A stretch of DNA of 32,000 nt, from the NCBI RefSeq assembly GCF_900167395.1, contig NZ_FUWK01000015.1, forward strand, positions 18,285 to 50,284, in the 5' to 3' direction. Source of the DNA: Nitrosomonas europaea. Lineage in GTDB: Bacteria; Pseudomonadota; Gammaproteobacteria; Burkholderiales; Nitrosomonadaceae. Positions 20,026 to 28,817 of the stretch are shown piece after piece (position 1 is the first letter of the stretch; each line of letters opens with the position of its first letter). The notes below the pieces were generated by a model, which saw only the letters and a program-made list of their open reading frames with translations, did no database searches and was not told the origin of the DNA. Made by a program: the position numbers and the translations under genes.

Positions 20026-20904
20026 ATGTTCACAGGTAGCCTGGTAGCTATCGTTACACCCATGCTCGAAGACGGGGCGCTGGATCTCGACAGATTCTGC
20101 GCCCTGATCGACTTTCATATCGAACAGAAAACGGATGGTATCGTCGTGGTTGGTACCACAGGCGAATCTCCTACCGTGGATTTCGATGAACACCATCTGC
20201 TGATCCGCACGGCTGTCACCCACGCAGCCGGACGCATTCCGGTCATTGCCGGCACAGGCGCCAATTCGACGCGCGAAGCAATCGAGCTGACGGTATTTTC
20301 GAAGAATGCCGGCGCAGACGCCTGCTTATCCGTAGCCCCCTATTACAACAAACCCACCCAGGAAGGGTTGTACCAACACTTCAAAGCAATTGCCGAAGCA
20401 GTCGATATCCCGATGATTCTGTACAACGTACCGGGACGAACCGTAGTAGATATCAGCAACGACACTGCGTTGCGGCTGGCGCAGATTCCCGGTATCGTCG
20501 GTATCAAAGATGCCACTGGCAACATTGCGCGGGGATGTGATTTATTGCAGCGTGTGCCCGATAATTTCGCGGTCTACAGCGGAGATGATGCTACTGCACT
20601 GGCACTGCTGCTACTCGGCGGTCATGGCACTATCTCGGTAACAGCCAATGTCGCACCCCGGCTGATGCACGAGATGTGCACCGCTGCCTTTGCCGGTGAC
20701 TTGGCCCGGGCACGGGAAATCAATACCCGGCTGTTCAGGCTGCATATTGATCTGTTCGTCGAAGCCAATCCGATTCCGGTCAAATGGGCCGTCGCAAGGA
20801 TGGGATTGATCAACGATAGTCTGCGCCTGCCATTGACAGCTTTATCCAGTCAATATCACGAACTAATCAGAAAAGCCATGCTCCAGGCTGGCATCACGGT
20901 TTAA
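20026..20904 (+). CDS. dapA: 4-hydroxy-tetrahydrodipicolinate synthase
   Basis: [13 protein letters not shown]...GTTGESPT...YNVPGRT...GIKDATGN. Near-identical motifs to E. coli DapA. 292 aa. Confidence 0.97.
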   Translation: MFTGSLVAIVTPMLEDGALDLDRFCALIDFHIEQKTDGIVVVGTTGESPTVDFDEHHLLIRTAVTHAAGRIPVIAGTGANSTREAIELTVFSKNAGADACLSVAPYYNKPTQEGLYQHFKAIAEAVDIPMILYNVPGRTVVDISNDTALRLAQIPGIVGIKDATGNIARGCDLLQRVPDNFAVYSGDDATALALLLLGGHGTISVTANVAPRLMHEMCTAAFAGDLARAREINTRLFRLHIDLFVEANPIPVKWAVARMGLINDSLRLPLTALSSQYHELIRKAMLQAGITV

Positions 20905-20913
20905 AGGTTTACC

Positions 20914-22071
20914 ATGCGCAACAAGCATCTGGCAACGCTTCTGATTGCAAATATCATACTTGCGGCTCTTATTCCGGGTTGCAGTCTGTTGCCCGAAAAC
21001 AAAAAGATTGATTACAAGTCGGCTGGCAAACTTCCGCCGCTTGAAGTTCCGCCAGATCTGACCAGCCCTGAAACAAACGACCGGTTTGCCGTACCGGATG
21101 TAGATGCATCCGGCAGTGCAACATTCTCAACCTACAGCAACGCACGTAATGGGCAATTGAGAGATCGATCAGGATCACCCGTACTCTCTGCCACCGCGGC
21201 ACAGGATGGAATTCATATCGAACGATCCGGCACACAACGCTGGCTGGTCATACCCCGTGAACCTGCTACAGTATGGCCTGTTATCAAGGAATTCTGGCAA
21301 GACATGGGGTTTCTGCTCAAAATGGAAGCACCTGATGTGGGAATCATGGAAACCGACTGGGCGGAAAATCGCGCCAAGATTCCTCAGGATATTATCCGAA
21401 GCGCACTATCAACTTTCCTGGATGGCCTTTATTCCACCGCTGAGCGCGATAAGTTCCGCACTCGCCTGGAACAGGAGCAACCTGGTATAACCGAGGTTTA
21501 TATCAGCCACCGCGGCATGATCGAGGTACTGGCAGATCGCAACACCAATCGTACCATCTGGCAACCACGCAAATCCGACCCTGAGCTGGAAGCGGAAATG
21601 CTCAGCCGCCTGATGCAACGCTTTGGTGTGGATGAGGAACGTGCAACTGCCGAAGTTGCTGCCAGCAGCACAGTCGAGGAACGTGCCTTCCTGGACAAGA
21701 CCCGTAAAGGCGTATTGATCATAAAGGAGCCGTTTGATCGCGCATGGCGACGGGTGGGCAATGAGCTCGACCGGATCGGCTTTACCGTAGAAGACCGGGA
21801 TCGCTCGAGTGGAATCTATTTTGTCCGATATATCAGCCCTGATGAAGAAACTCGCAGAGCGGCTGAAGGTAAAGGTTTACTCTCCAAGCTGGCTTTCTGG
21901 TCAAGTGATACTGATGATAATAATAAGGATGCTTCAGCGGAGAAATACCAGATCAAAATAAGCGAGGTTGGGTTGAACAGTGAAGTCAGCGTGCTCAATG
22001 CGAATGGTGTTGCGGAAGGTTCAGAAACTGCTCAACGCATACTTGACTTGTTGCGCGAACAACTCAAGTAA
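20914..22071 (+). CDS. bamC: Outer-membrane protein assembly lipoprotein BamC (NlpB)
   Basis: Lipobox ALIPGCS. The conserved dapA-nlpB/bamC adjacency is present. 385 aa with WPVIKEFWQDMGF...METDWAENRAKIP, typical of BamC. Confidence 0.85.
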   Translation: MRNKHLATLLIANIILAALIPGCSLLPENKKIDYKSAGKLPPLEVPPDLTSPETNDRFAVPDVDASGSATFSTYSNARNGQLRDRSGSPVLSATAAQDGIHIERSGTQRWLVIPREPATVWPVIKEFWQDMGFLLKMEAPDVGIMETDWAENRAKIPQDIIRSALSTFLDGLYSTAERDKFRTRLEQEQPGITEVYISHRGMIEVLADRNTNRTIWQPRKSDPELEAEMLSRLMQRFGVDEERATAEVAASSTVEERAFLDKTRKGVLIIKEPFDRAWRRVGNELDRIGFTVEDRDRSSGIYFVRYISPDEETRRAAEGKGLLSKLAFWSSDTDDNNKDASAEKYQIKISEVGLNSEVSVLNANGVAEGSETAQRILDLLREQLK

Positions 22072-22205
22072 GTATTCAGAACAGTACGTGCATACCGCCT
22101 CCCTGAAGATATGGGCAATCTGGCGGCTCATCTGTATATAACTCAACCCAGTTTCTACGTCGAGCTATACTCCTCAAACAATGCTGCGACTGGTTCATCC
22201 ATAAT

Positions 22206-22236
22206 AAAAAAACCGCCTGAAAGGCGGTTTTATTTT
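22206..22236. terminator. Bidirectional intrinsic terminator AAAAAAACCGCC tgaaa GGCGGTTTTATTTT
   Basis: GC-rich stem flanked by an A-run upstream and a T-run downstream. It lies between convergent bamC (+) and the small lipoprotein gene (-). Confidence 0.8.
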
Positions 22237-22249
22237 GAAGCTGTATAGT

Positions 22250-22450
22250 TTAGTGCCCTTCCGGGATACCAGTTTCACCTTCTTTCAAACACTTGCCATT
22301 TCCGTCAATACCGTGCGGACATTCAATTTTTTGACCGGATATGATTTTCTCGTAATTCTCTCTTTCAGTTTCTGGAAGAGCCTGCGACGGACGTCCACAT
22401 GCTACCAGCAGAAATGCGGTGGCGATAACAGCTGCGTAAGCAAATTTCAT
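22250..22450 (-). CDS. Small lipoprotein (66 aa precursor), unknown function
   Basis: [19 protein letters not shown] has a lipobox (LVAC). ATG 22450 is preceded by AAAGGAAC. The mature part is about 48 aa with two Cys ([12 protein letters not shown]) and a C-terminal His. The track ORF is extended to 22477. Confidence 0.55.
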   Translation of the reverse strand: MKFAYAAVIATAFLLVACGRPSQALPETERENYEKIISGQKIECPHGIDGNGKCLKEGETGIPEGH

Positions 22451-22656
22451 TATAAAAGTTCCTTTAAAAAATTTCATAAAATCTTGCTGCGGCCGGCAGT
22501 ATATAACAAAAATATCTCTCGGCTCAAGCTCGGGGAAGCAATCTTAATTTGATTCACGTCGGAAAAATAAAACCAGCATCCAGTACACTGAGACATCTCC
22601 TGACGCAGGATCGGATAAATATGCAGAATGAATCTGTCGGTGCACATCGAGAAAGG

Positions 22657-24186
22657 CTATTGCCGCGCAAAATCACGCAATCGGAACCCCAGCATCCACA
22701 GGCACGCAAAATAGCCAATCCCTCCCAGTATTACTACCAGCCCCAGTTTTATCGCACGCTCGGTCGCCGTCAGCACAAACCATTCAGCACTATTTCCGGT
22801 TGCCAGCCACAATCCGGCACCCATTACGATCAATGCAACCAGAATCTTGAATATGAAAATTCCCCAGCCAGGCAAGGGTTGATAAATTCCCTGCGAACGC
22901 AACTTGGAGTAAAGTACCCCTGCATTGAGACAAGCGCCCAGGCTGATGGCCAGTGCCAGACCGGCATGTTTCAGGGGAATTATGAATGCGAGATTCATGA
23001 GTTGAGTCGCCGCCAGCGTCAGAATTGCAACCTTGACCGGAGTTTTGATGTTCTGCCGGGCGTAAAAGCCTGGTGCCAGCACTTTCACCAGTATCAACCC
23101 AAGCAACCCGACACTGTAGGCAATCAGTGCTTCACGGGTCATCCACACGTCTTCCACGGTAAAAGCACCATAATAAAACAGCGTCGTAATGAGAGGAGTG
23201 GCCAACAATGCCAGGGCTACAGCAGCTGGCAGTGTCAGCAGAAAAGTCAGACGCAATCCCCAATCCAGCAGACGTGAAAATTCCTCTGTACTGTTCTGCG
23301 TATAGTGGCGTGACAGTGACGGCAGAATTACGGTACCCAGCGCCACCCCCAGCATACCTGCCGGAAATTCCATCAGCCGGTCAGCATAGTACAGCCAGGA
23401 AACACTGCCAGTGATCAGCAGTGATGCAAAAATAGTATTGATCAGCAGACTGATCTGCCCGATCGAAACTCCGAATACTGCTGGCCCCATGAGCTTGAGT
23501 ACACGCCATGCCCCGCTGTCACGGAATCCAAAACGTAAACGCGGCATTCTTTTCAGGCGCAATAGAAAAGGTATCTGAAAAGCCAGCTGCAACATACCGC
23601 CAATGAATACAGCCCAGGCCAGTGCAAGAACAGGCGGATCCATCAATGGTGCCAGCCATAATGCACAACCGATAAAGGAGAGATTCAGTAAAACCGGAGT
23701 CAGGGCAGGCACTGAGAAATGGCTGTAAGTATTCAATATTCCACCCGCAAGCGCCACCAATGAAATGAAAAAAATATAAGGGAAAGTGATTCGAAGCAGC
23801 GCGATGGTCAGTTCGAATTTATCCGGCACACCGGCAAAACCCGGCGCGCTGATATAAATAATCAATGGTGCTGCCAGGATACCCACCAGTGTAACGATGA
23901 ATAATGCGCTACCCAGTAAGGTTGCCACGTGATCGATGAGCTCCCGGGTCTGTTCCTCCGTACGGTTGTTTTTATACTCCGCCAGAACAGGAACGAATGC
24001 CTGGGAAAAAGCACCTTCCGCGAACAGGCGCCTCAACAGGTTTGGAATACGGAATGCTACGAAAAAGGCGTCGGTCGCTACCCCTGCACCAAATATCCTT
24101 GCAATGATCAGATCTCGTACAAAACCAAGGATACGTGAAACCAGTGTCATACTGCTGACAGTGGCCAGTGCTTTGAGCAGATTCAA
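22657..24186 (-). CDS. murJ: Lipid II flippase MurJ (MviN)
   Basis: [55 protein letters not shown] is the canonical MurJ N-terminus. 509 aa and polytopic. Confidence 0.95.
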   Translation of the reverse strand: MNLLKALATVSSMTLVSRILGFVRDLIIARIFGAGVATDAFFVAFRIPNLLRRLFAEGAFSQAFVPVLAEYKNNRTEEQTRELIDHVATLLGSALFIVTLVGILAAPLIIYISAPGFAGVPDKFELTIALLRITFPYIFFISLVALAGGILNTYSHFSVPALTPVLLNLSFIGCALWLAPLMDPPVLALAWAVFIGGMLQLAFQIPFLLRLKRMPRLRFGFRDSGAWRVLKLMGPAVFGVSIGQISLLINTIFASLLITGSVSWLYYADRLMEFPAGMLGVALGTVILPSLSRHYTQNSTEEFSRLLDWGLRLTFLLTLPAAVALALLATPLITTLFYYGAFTVEDVWMTREALIAYSVGLLGLILVKVLAPGFYARQNIKTPVKVAILTLAATQLMNLAFIIPLKHAGLALAISLGACLNAGVLYSKLRSQGIYQPLPGWGIFIFKILVALIVMGAGLWLATGNSAEWFVLTATERAIKLGLVVILGGIGYFACLWMLGFRLRDFARQ

Positions 24187-24459
24187 TTGTCAGAATATTT
24201 TCGGGATGGGTAATGCTGACAAGCCTGGGGATTCTCAGGAAATGACCCCCATCGGCCGGAAAGAGTTAATTATGGCCGATTATCCTGGATTTCAGGATCA
24301 AGCACCAGAATTTGCTGATATCGTGCGTGAGGTATATTTACAACGTCCTGTCAGTTTTCCGGGAAATTGGAGCAAAGCACCCGGCAGTCATTTATGAGCC
24401 AGGTGCTTGTTATCGGGAATAAATCAGTGAAAACAAAACAGAATAGATATTATTCAACA

Positions 24460-25032
24460 TCAGATCACACACAGTTCTCCAGCTCCAGCTTCTTGTGCTG
24501 CCCTGGCTTCCTGTGCCACCCGTTTGGTTTTACCGGCGCGTGAAGGAACATGGCAAAGTCCGCAGACATGATTGGATTGAATATCCAGGCTGTGCACCAG
24601 AAAATTACCGGTACATTTGACACAGGATGTGACGGATAACACTTTGCTCTCTACGAAACGCACCAGCGTCCAGGCACGAGTGAAGCTCAGGATACGCTGC
24701 AGGCGATTGGCTTCGATATGTTCCAGATACAGTTGATAGCTCTTGATAATCGCATCGATATCGCGCACTTTCGTGTATCGGGTAATGTAGTTGTAGATAT
24801 TGATGAACAATGATGAATGCATATTAGGCTGCCATCCTGTAAACCAGTCCTCCGAATAGGGAAGCATACCTTTGGGAGGAGAAGCACCTTTGACTTCCTT
24901 ATACAGCTTCACAAGTCGTTCCCGGCTGAGCGTGGTGGATGCTTCGAGCACTTGCAGTCTTGCACCCAGACGAACCAGTTCCGTAGCAAGCTGAATCTGT
25001 TTACCTTCGGATAAAATACTTTTCCCTTTCAT
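24460..25032 (-). CDS. flhC: Flagellar master regulator subunit FlhC
   Basis: SILSEGKQIQLATELVRLGARLQVLE...PPKGMLP...WF matches the FlhC N-terminus. Zinc-site cysteines are present (CVKCTGNF...CGLCH). Confidence 0.93.
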   Translation of the reverse strand: MKGKSILSEGKQIQLATELVRLGARLQVLEASTTLSRERLVKLYKEVKGASPPKGMLPYSEDWFTGWQPNMHSSLFINIYNYITRYTKVRDIDAIIKSYQLYLEHIEANRLQRILSFTRAWTLVRFVESKVLSVTSCVKCTGNFLVHSLDIQSNHVCGLCHVPSRAGKTKRVAQEARAAQEAGAGELCVI

Positions 25033-25057
25033 GATTTTTCCTCCTTTATGCGGGAAC

Positions 25058-25375
25058 TCAGGAAATTTTCTCAGCAGGCAGACCTGCCATGAGTATTGCG
25101 GCGTGGGATTGTGTCAGTGCACGATCCTGTTTATGACTGGTAAGTATTTCTGCAATCAGGCTGTCATCAAAACGGAACCGGCACAACAACATGTTGGATC
25201 CGGCCATTTTGAGCAACTGACTATTGGTCAGTTTGACCAGGATATCGGCTATATCCTCATCGATACCCAAACGGTACATGGCAGCAATCCTGTCTTCACG
25301 CAGCATTTGTTGAGCCAGCAGCAAATAACTGAGATTGACTTCCCTGATTTCATCCAGAATCTGATTTGTCCCCAT
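25058..25375 (-). CDS. flhD: Flagellar master regulator subunit FlhD
   Basis: ILDEIREVNLSYLLLAQQMLREDRIAAMYRLGIDEDIADIL is FlhD-like. The preferred start is ATG 25375 (MGTNQ), preceded by AAGGAG. The track ORF runs to 25402. Confidence 0.9.
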   Translation of the reverse strand: MGTNQILDEIREVNLSYLLLAQQMLREDRIAAMYRLGIDEDIADILVKLTNSQLLKMAGSNMLLCRFRFDDSLIAEILTSHKQDRALTQSHAAILMAGLPAEKIS

Positions 25376-25486
25376 TTCCACTGCTCCTTTTGATATGTAC
25401 AAATTGAACCGGGTTACTCCAAAAATGATGTGTGCATTTTTAACCCGGGAGCAGATACCGTAAAGCAGGCTACCACTATATCTTCA

Positions 25487-25526
25487 GTAGGAATTTGACT
25501 GGAAAGCTTGTAGGAATTTTTCCTAC
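25487..25526. repeat. Two exact GTAGGAATTT direct repeats 23 bp apart; the second is also the 5' arm of hairpin GTAGGAA-ttt-TTCCTAC
   Basis: Read directly: repeats at 25487-25496 and 25510-25519, hairpin at 25510-25526. They lie 112-151 bp upstream of the flhD ATG and about 110 bp downstream of the comEC stop. Confidence 0.85.
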
Positions 25527-25635
25527 AGACCGGAAGGGGATGTTTCCAGCTGCTATTGCAACATCGATGCATACGACATATATATATCGGGCATATCAGT
25601 GAAAAGTCTGCCACACTGGGAATCCGGGAAAATAT

Positions 25636-28035
25636 TCAATCCTCCCTGTCTGCTGAAGGCCATTCATCATGCCAGAAACGGCGATTGAGCCTTCTCCACG
25701 TATCAGCTGTGATATTACCGCTGACAAAGCGTAACAGTACTGCACCGTCATGATCACTGCGGTACAAGCGGCTGCCGTGCTCAAGATACCGTTCGACTAT
25801 TTCTGCATGCGGATGCCCGAACCGGCTGCGATACCCCACTGTAAAGATGGCATGATCAGGATCAACCTGTCGCACGAATACCTCTGATGACGATGATCGG
25901 CTGCCATGATGCGGCACGATCAGCACACTGGACGCAAGCTCACGAGCATAACGTTGCAACAAATCTTCTTCCGTTACCCGACCGATGTCTCCCGGCAGCA
26001 ATACACTGCCATGCGAGGTTGTCACTTTGAGTACACAACTTGATTCATTGGTTTTACGTTTACGAATCAAAGTATCTGGTTTGACCGGGTGCAGGATTTC
26101 GAAATAAACTCCGTCCCACCACCACGCATCGCCTGCAAGACAATGGCGATTATCGGGAACAGCCTGACGAATCGGATGATTATCTTCAATTGAAGTCAGC
26201 AGTACATCTGTCTTTATTCTCTTCAGTACCGACAATGCCCCACCGCTATGATCCGAGTCGACATGGGAGACAATCATCATATCGAGCGCCTGTACGCCCT
26301 CCCCTCGCAAAAACGGCAGAACCACATACTTCCCGCTGTCATTTTCACCATACCCCGGCCCGGTATCGTAAAGCAAAGTATGGTTGCGGGTACGTACCAC
26401 CACTGATAACCCCTGCCCCACATCCAGCACTGTCAGCCAGAGTTCTCCCTCGGCCGGTTTTTCTGGGGAAATCAGAAATAATGGTACCCCTGCCAGGATT
26501 CCCAGCCAGCGTGCAGGAAAACCCGCTGATACACCCAGCCCCGGCCCACCTGGCAGTAACAACCATACCACGCCGAGAGTGGCCGCAATCACAGCCCACA
26601 AAGGCGGCGCCTGCTGCTGCCATGTTGCCAAAGGAAGCTCTCCCAGCCATTGCAACACCCCCATCGTAATCTGAAGAACGGGATGAGCAATCAGCAACAG
26701 GAATTCCAGCCCCGGGATAGTCGCCAGCAGTGCCAGCGGTACGATGATGAAACTAATCACTGGAATCGCCACAGCATTGGCGATGGGCGATATCAGTGAA
26801 ATCTGCTGAAACAGAATCAATAGCAGCGGAAACAAACCGAGCGTAATCGCCCACTGGATACGCATCCAGCCAGCTACCACCCCCGGCCGACCAATCCGGC
26901 CTGATATAACCAGACAAATCAGCGCAACCGCCGCAAAAGACAGCCAGAAACCCGGCGCAATCACCGACCACGGATCCAGCACCACGACCAGTAACAACAC
27001 CCATCCCAACACTGGCAACGTGCGCACACGCTGATTTCTCCAGAATGCCACCACGATGATCGCCATCATGAACAGTGCGCGCCTCACAGGTACAGCAAAA
27101 CCGGCCAGTAGCGCATAGCCGATTGCGACAATCAACCCGCATACCAGCGCAAACTTGCGGGCAGGCAGCCACAACGCCAGACCAGCATACCGCCAGGCCC
27201 GGTATGCCAGCAGAAACACCATCCCAGCCAGTAACGTAATGTGCGAACCGGAAATCGCCATGAGGTGGCTGGTACCGGTACGGGTAAAAGTCTCCCACTG
27301 TTCCGACGGAATAGCCTGCTGATCGCCCACTGTCAGTGCAATCAGCACCCCTGCATACGGATAACCCGCCAGATAATGTTGAAACTGGCTGCGAATTTCA
27401 TCCCGTTTGCGCTCGAACAAATAAACCGGATGAATCTCCTGAACCTCGAGCCGTTTGTTGCTCTCCCCTGCCCGCACATATCCTGTTGCACGCACATTCC
27501 GTTCAAACAACCGGGCTTCATAATCCGGAACATGCGGATTGGCACTGCCATGCGGACGCTTCAACCGGACAGTCAACTGCCAGCGTTCACCTGCCGTGAT
27601 CCGAGGCAAATTTCCTTCGTCACGCCTGCCATCGCGATACCAGGAAAGCTGAACATGGGCTGGCACCGCAGCATCCGGCGTCAACACTCGCTCGACCTCG
27701 AACCGGAAACGCATACTTTGCCGGGTAAGTTGCGGCATTTCCGTAACCACCCCGATCACCGCAATATCCTGCCCTTCCCAAGCAGAAGGAAGATCATCCG
27801 CCAGCCTGACCTGCGCCCATAACGCTGCCCAGAAAAAACCGGCACCCAGCATGACAGCAAGCAGAAGACCTCTACCTGCCAGTATAGAAAAGCGCGTCTG
27901 AAATCGAAGAAGAACCAGCACCCCCAACGCTACTGGTATCAGCCCGATTGCCCAATAAAATTCCGGCAGAACCGACTGCTGTTGCAACCAGAGCGCGCCG
28001 AATACAAATGCAAGACTGTAAATCCCGATTAACAC
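25636..28035 (-). CDS. comEC: DNA internalisation competence protein ComEC/Rec2
   Basis: 799 aa. N-terminal polytopic competence domain (GTSHLMAISGSHITLLAG) and C-terminal metallo-beta-lactamase domain (VLDVGQGLS...VSHVDSDHSGG). GTG start. Confidence 0.93.
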   Translation of the reverse strand: MLIGIYSLAFVFGALWLQQQSVLPEFYWAIGLIPVALGVLVLLRFQTRFSILAGRGLLLAVMLGAGFFWAALWAQVRLADDLPSAWEGQDIAVIGVVTEMPQLTRQSMRFRFEVERVLTPDAAVPAHVQLSWYRDGRRDEGNLPRITAGERWQLTVRLKRPHGSANPHVPDYEARLFERNVRATGYVRAGESNKRLEVQEIHPVYLFERKRDEIRSQFQHYLAGYPYAGVLIALTVGDQQAIPSEQWETFTRTGTSHLMAISGSHITLLAGMVFLLAYRAWRYAGLALWLPARKFALVCGLIVAIGYALLAGFAVPVRRALFMMAIIVVAFWRNQRVRTLPVLGWVLLLVVVLDPWSVIAPGFWLSFAAVALICLVISGRIGRPGVVAGWMRIQWAITLGLFPLLLILFQQISLISPIANAVAIPVISFIIVPLALLATIPGLEFLLLIAHPVLQITMGVLQWLGELPLATWQQQAPPLWAVIAATLGVVWLLLPGGPGLGVSAGFPARWLGILAGVPLFLISPEKPAEGELWLTVLDVGQGLSVVVRTRNHTLLYDTGPGYGENDSGKYVVLPFLRGEGVQALDMMIVSHVDSDHSGGALSVLKRIKTDVLLTSIEDNHPIRQAVPDNRHCLAGDAWWWDGVYFEILHPVKPDTLIRKRKTNESSCVLKVTTSHGSVLLPGDIGRVTEEDLLQRYARELASSVLIVPHHGSRSSSSEVFVRQVDPDHAIFTVGYRSRFGHPHAEIVERYLEHGSRLYRSDHDGAVLLRFVSGNITADTWRRLNRRFWHDEWPSADRED

Positions 28036-28044
28036 TGATTCACC

Positions 28045-28596
28045 GTCAGAAATCCCCTGAGAAACTATAGATCCGACTATACAATGTTTCAGAAATCAGC
28101 CGGGTTGGGAAATGGGGACAATGGGGTACTGCTGGCAACGCTCGAGTGAACGACCATCCTGAGTTGCCCAACGGACACGGTTCTTCCGGTACGGGGCAAT
28201 CAGCTCGATTCCCTGGGCTGTCAACTTACTGATCAAGCGGATAATTGCCGCAGGTACGATCCTCCATAATTCATCAGGGCCATCCCACGTAATGGTCTCA
28301 GCAAGCGTCGCTTCACAAGGGTAACTTCATGTGGCGAAGCAGAAGCTGTGCGCACGGTAAGTGTAAGACAGCAACATCTGCAATAACCATGAGCTTCGTA
28401 TCTTTGTCTCGCTTAATCTTCCTGATTTTGGAGCTCTTTTTTATCACCGTGAAGGTACCGTCGATAAAGTATTCCGTGAAATCGATTCCACCTTACTCCT
28501 CCAGATCTCTCACATCTTGCATAGTTCGCCTGCTTTCACCCAGCGGCTGAACATTCGGAAACAGGTCGAGGGAGAGGCCAGAGTCATTGAGGTGCC
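28045..28596 (-). pseudogene. N-terminally truncated, multiply frameshifted IS5-family (DDE_Tnp_1 type) transposase remnant
   Basis: Hand translation of the minus strand in three shifting frames gives FRMFSRWVKAGELCKM*, then GGIDFTEYFIDGTFTVIKK..KRDKDTKLMVIAD, then SASPHEVTLV, then GIELIAPYRKNRVRWATQDGRSLE. These match conserved blocks of IS5-family transposases as I recall them (RFxRW..GVW; IDGTF..KRGKGTK.MAIAD; SASPHEVTLV; GIELIAPHR.NR...TQDGR.LRRY). Stops and frameshifts separate the blocks. Confidence 0.65.
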
Positions 28597-28598
28597 AA

Positions 28599-28802
28599 TC
28601 AGCAGCAGCGATTAAGCCTGCCTTTGCTACCATAACGTGCTTCCAGACGCTCACGAAAGAATTCCTCTTGCGACATGATCGCCTGTTCGGGATGTGCACT
28701 TCTCATGTGCTCGACATAAACTCTATATTCCGGCACACCTACCATCAGGCGAAAACTTTGCGCAAACCGTTGCCAGACGTGCTTTATTTGATTATTGATC
28801 AT
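28599..28802 (-). CDS. ybdD: YbdD/YjiX-family small protein (DUF466), CstA-associated
   Basis: 67 aa, VGVPEYRVYVEHMRSAHPEQAIMSQEEFFRERLEARYG....NRCC*. The characteristic C-terminal RCC is present. It starts 15 bp downstream of cstA, as in E. coli cstA-ybdD. Confidence 0.85.
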   Translation of the reverse strand: MINNQIKHVWQRFAQSFRLMVGVPEYRVYVEHMRSAHPEQAIMSQEEFFRERLEARYGSKGRLNRCC

Positions 28803-28817
28803 TGCAATTCCTCCCGA

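Noticed and set aside
24272-24397. 41-codon + strand ORF (MADYPGFQDQAPEFADIVREVYLQRPVSFPGNWSKAPGSHL) between murJ and flhC, with AAGAG upstream
   Set aside because: The sequence looks protein-like, but it is too short, belongs to no family I recognise, and is the tail of a longer antisense frame through murJ. I cannot support it without conservation or expression data. rpsT, often divergent from murJ in other bacteria, is not here.
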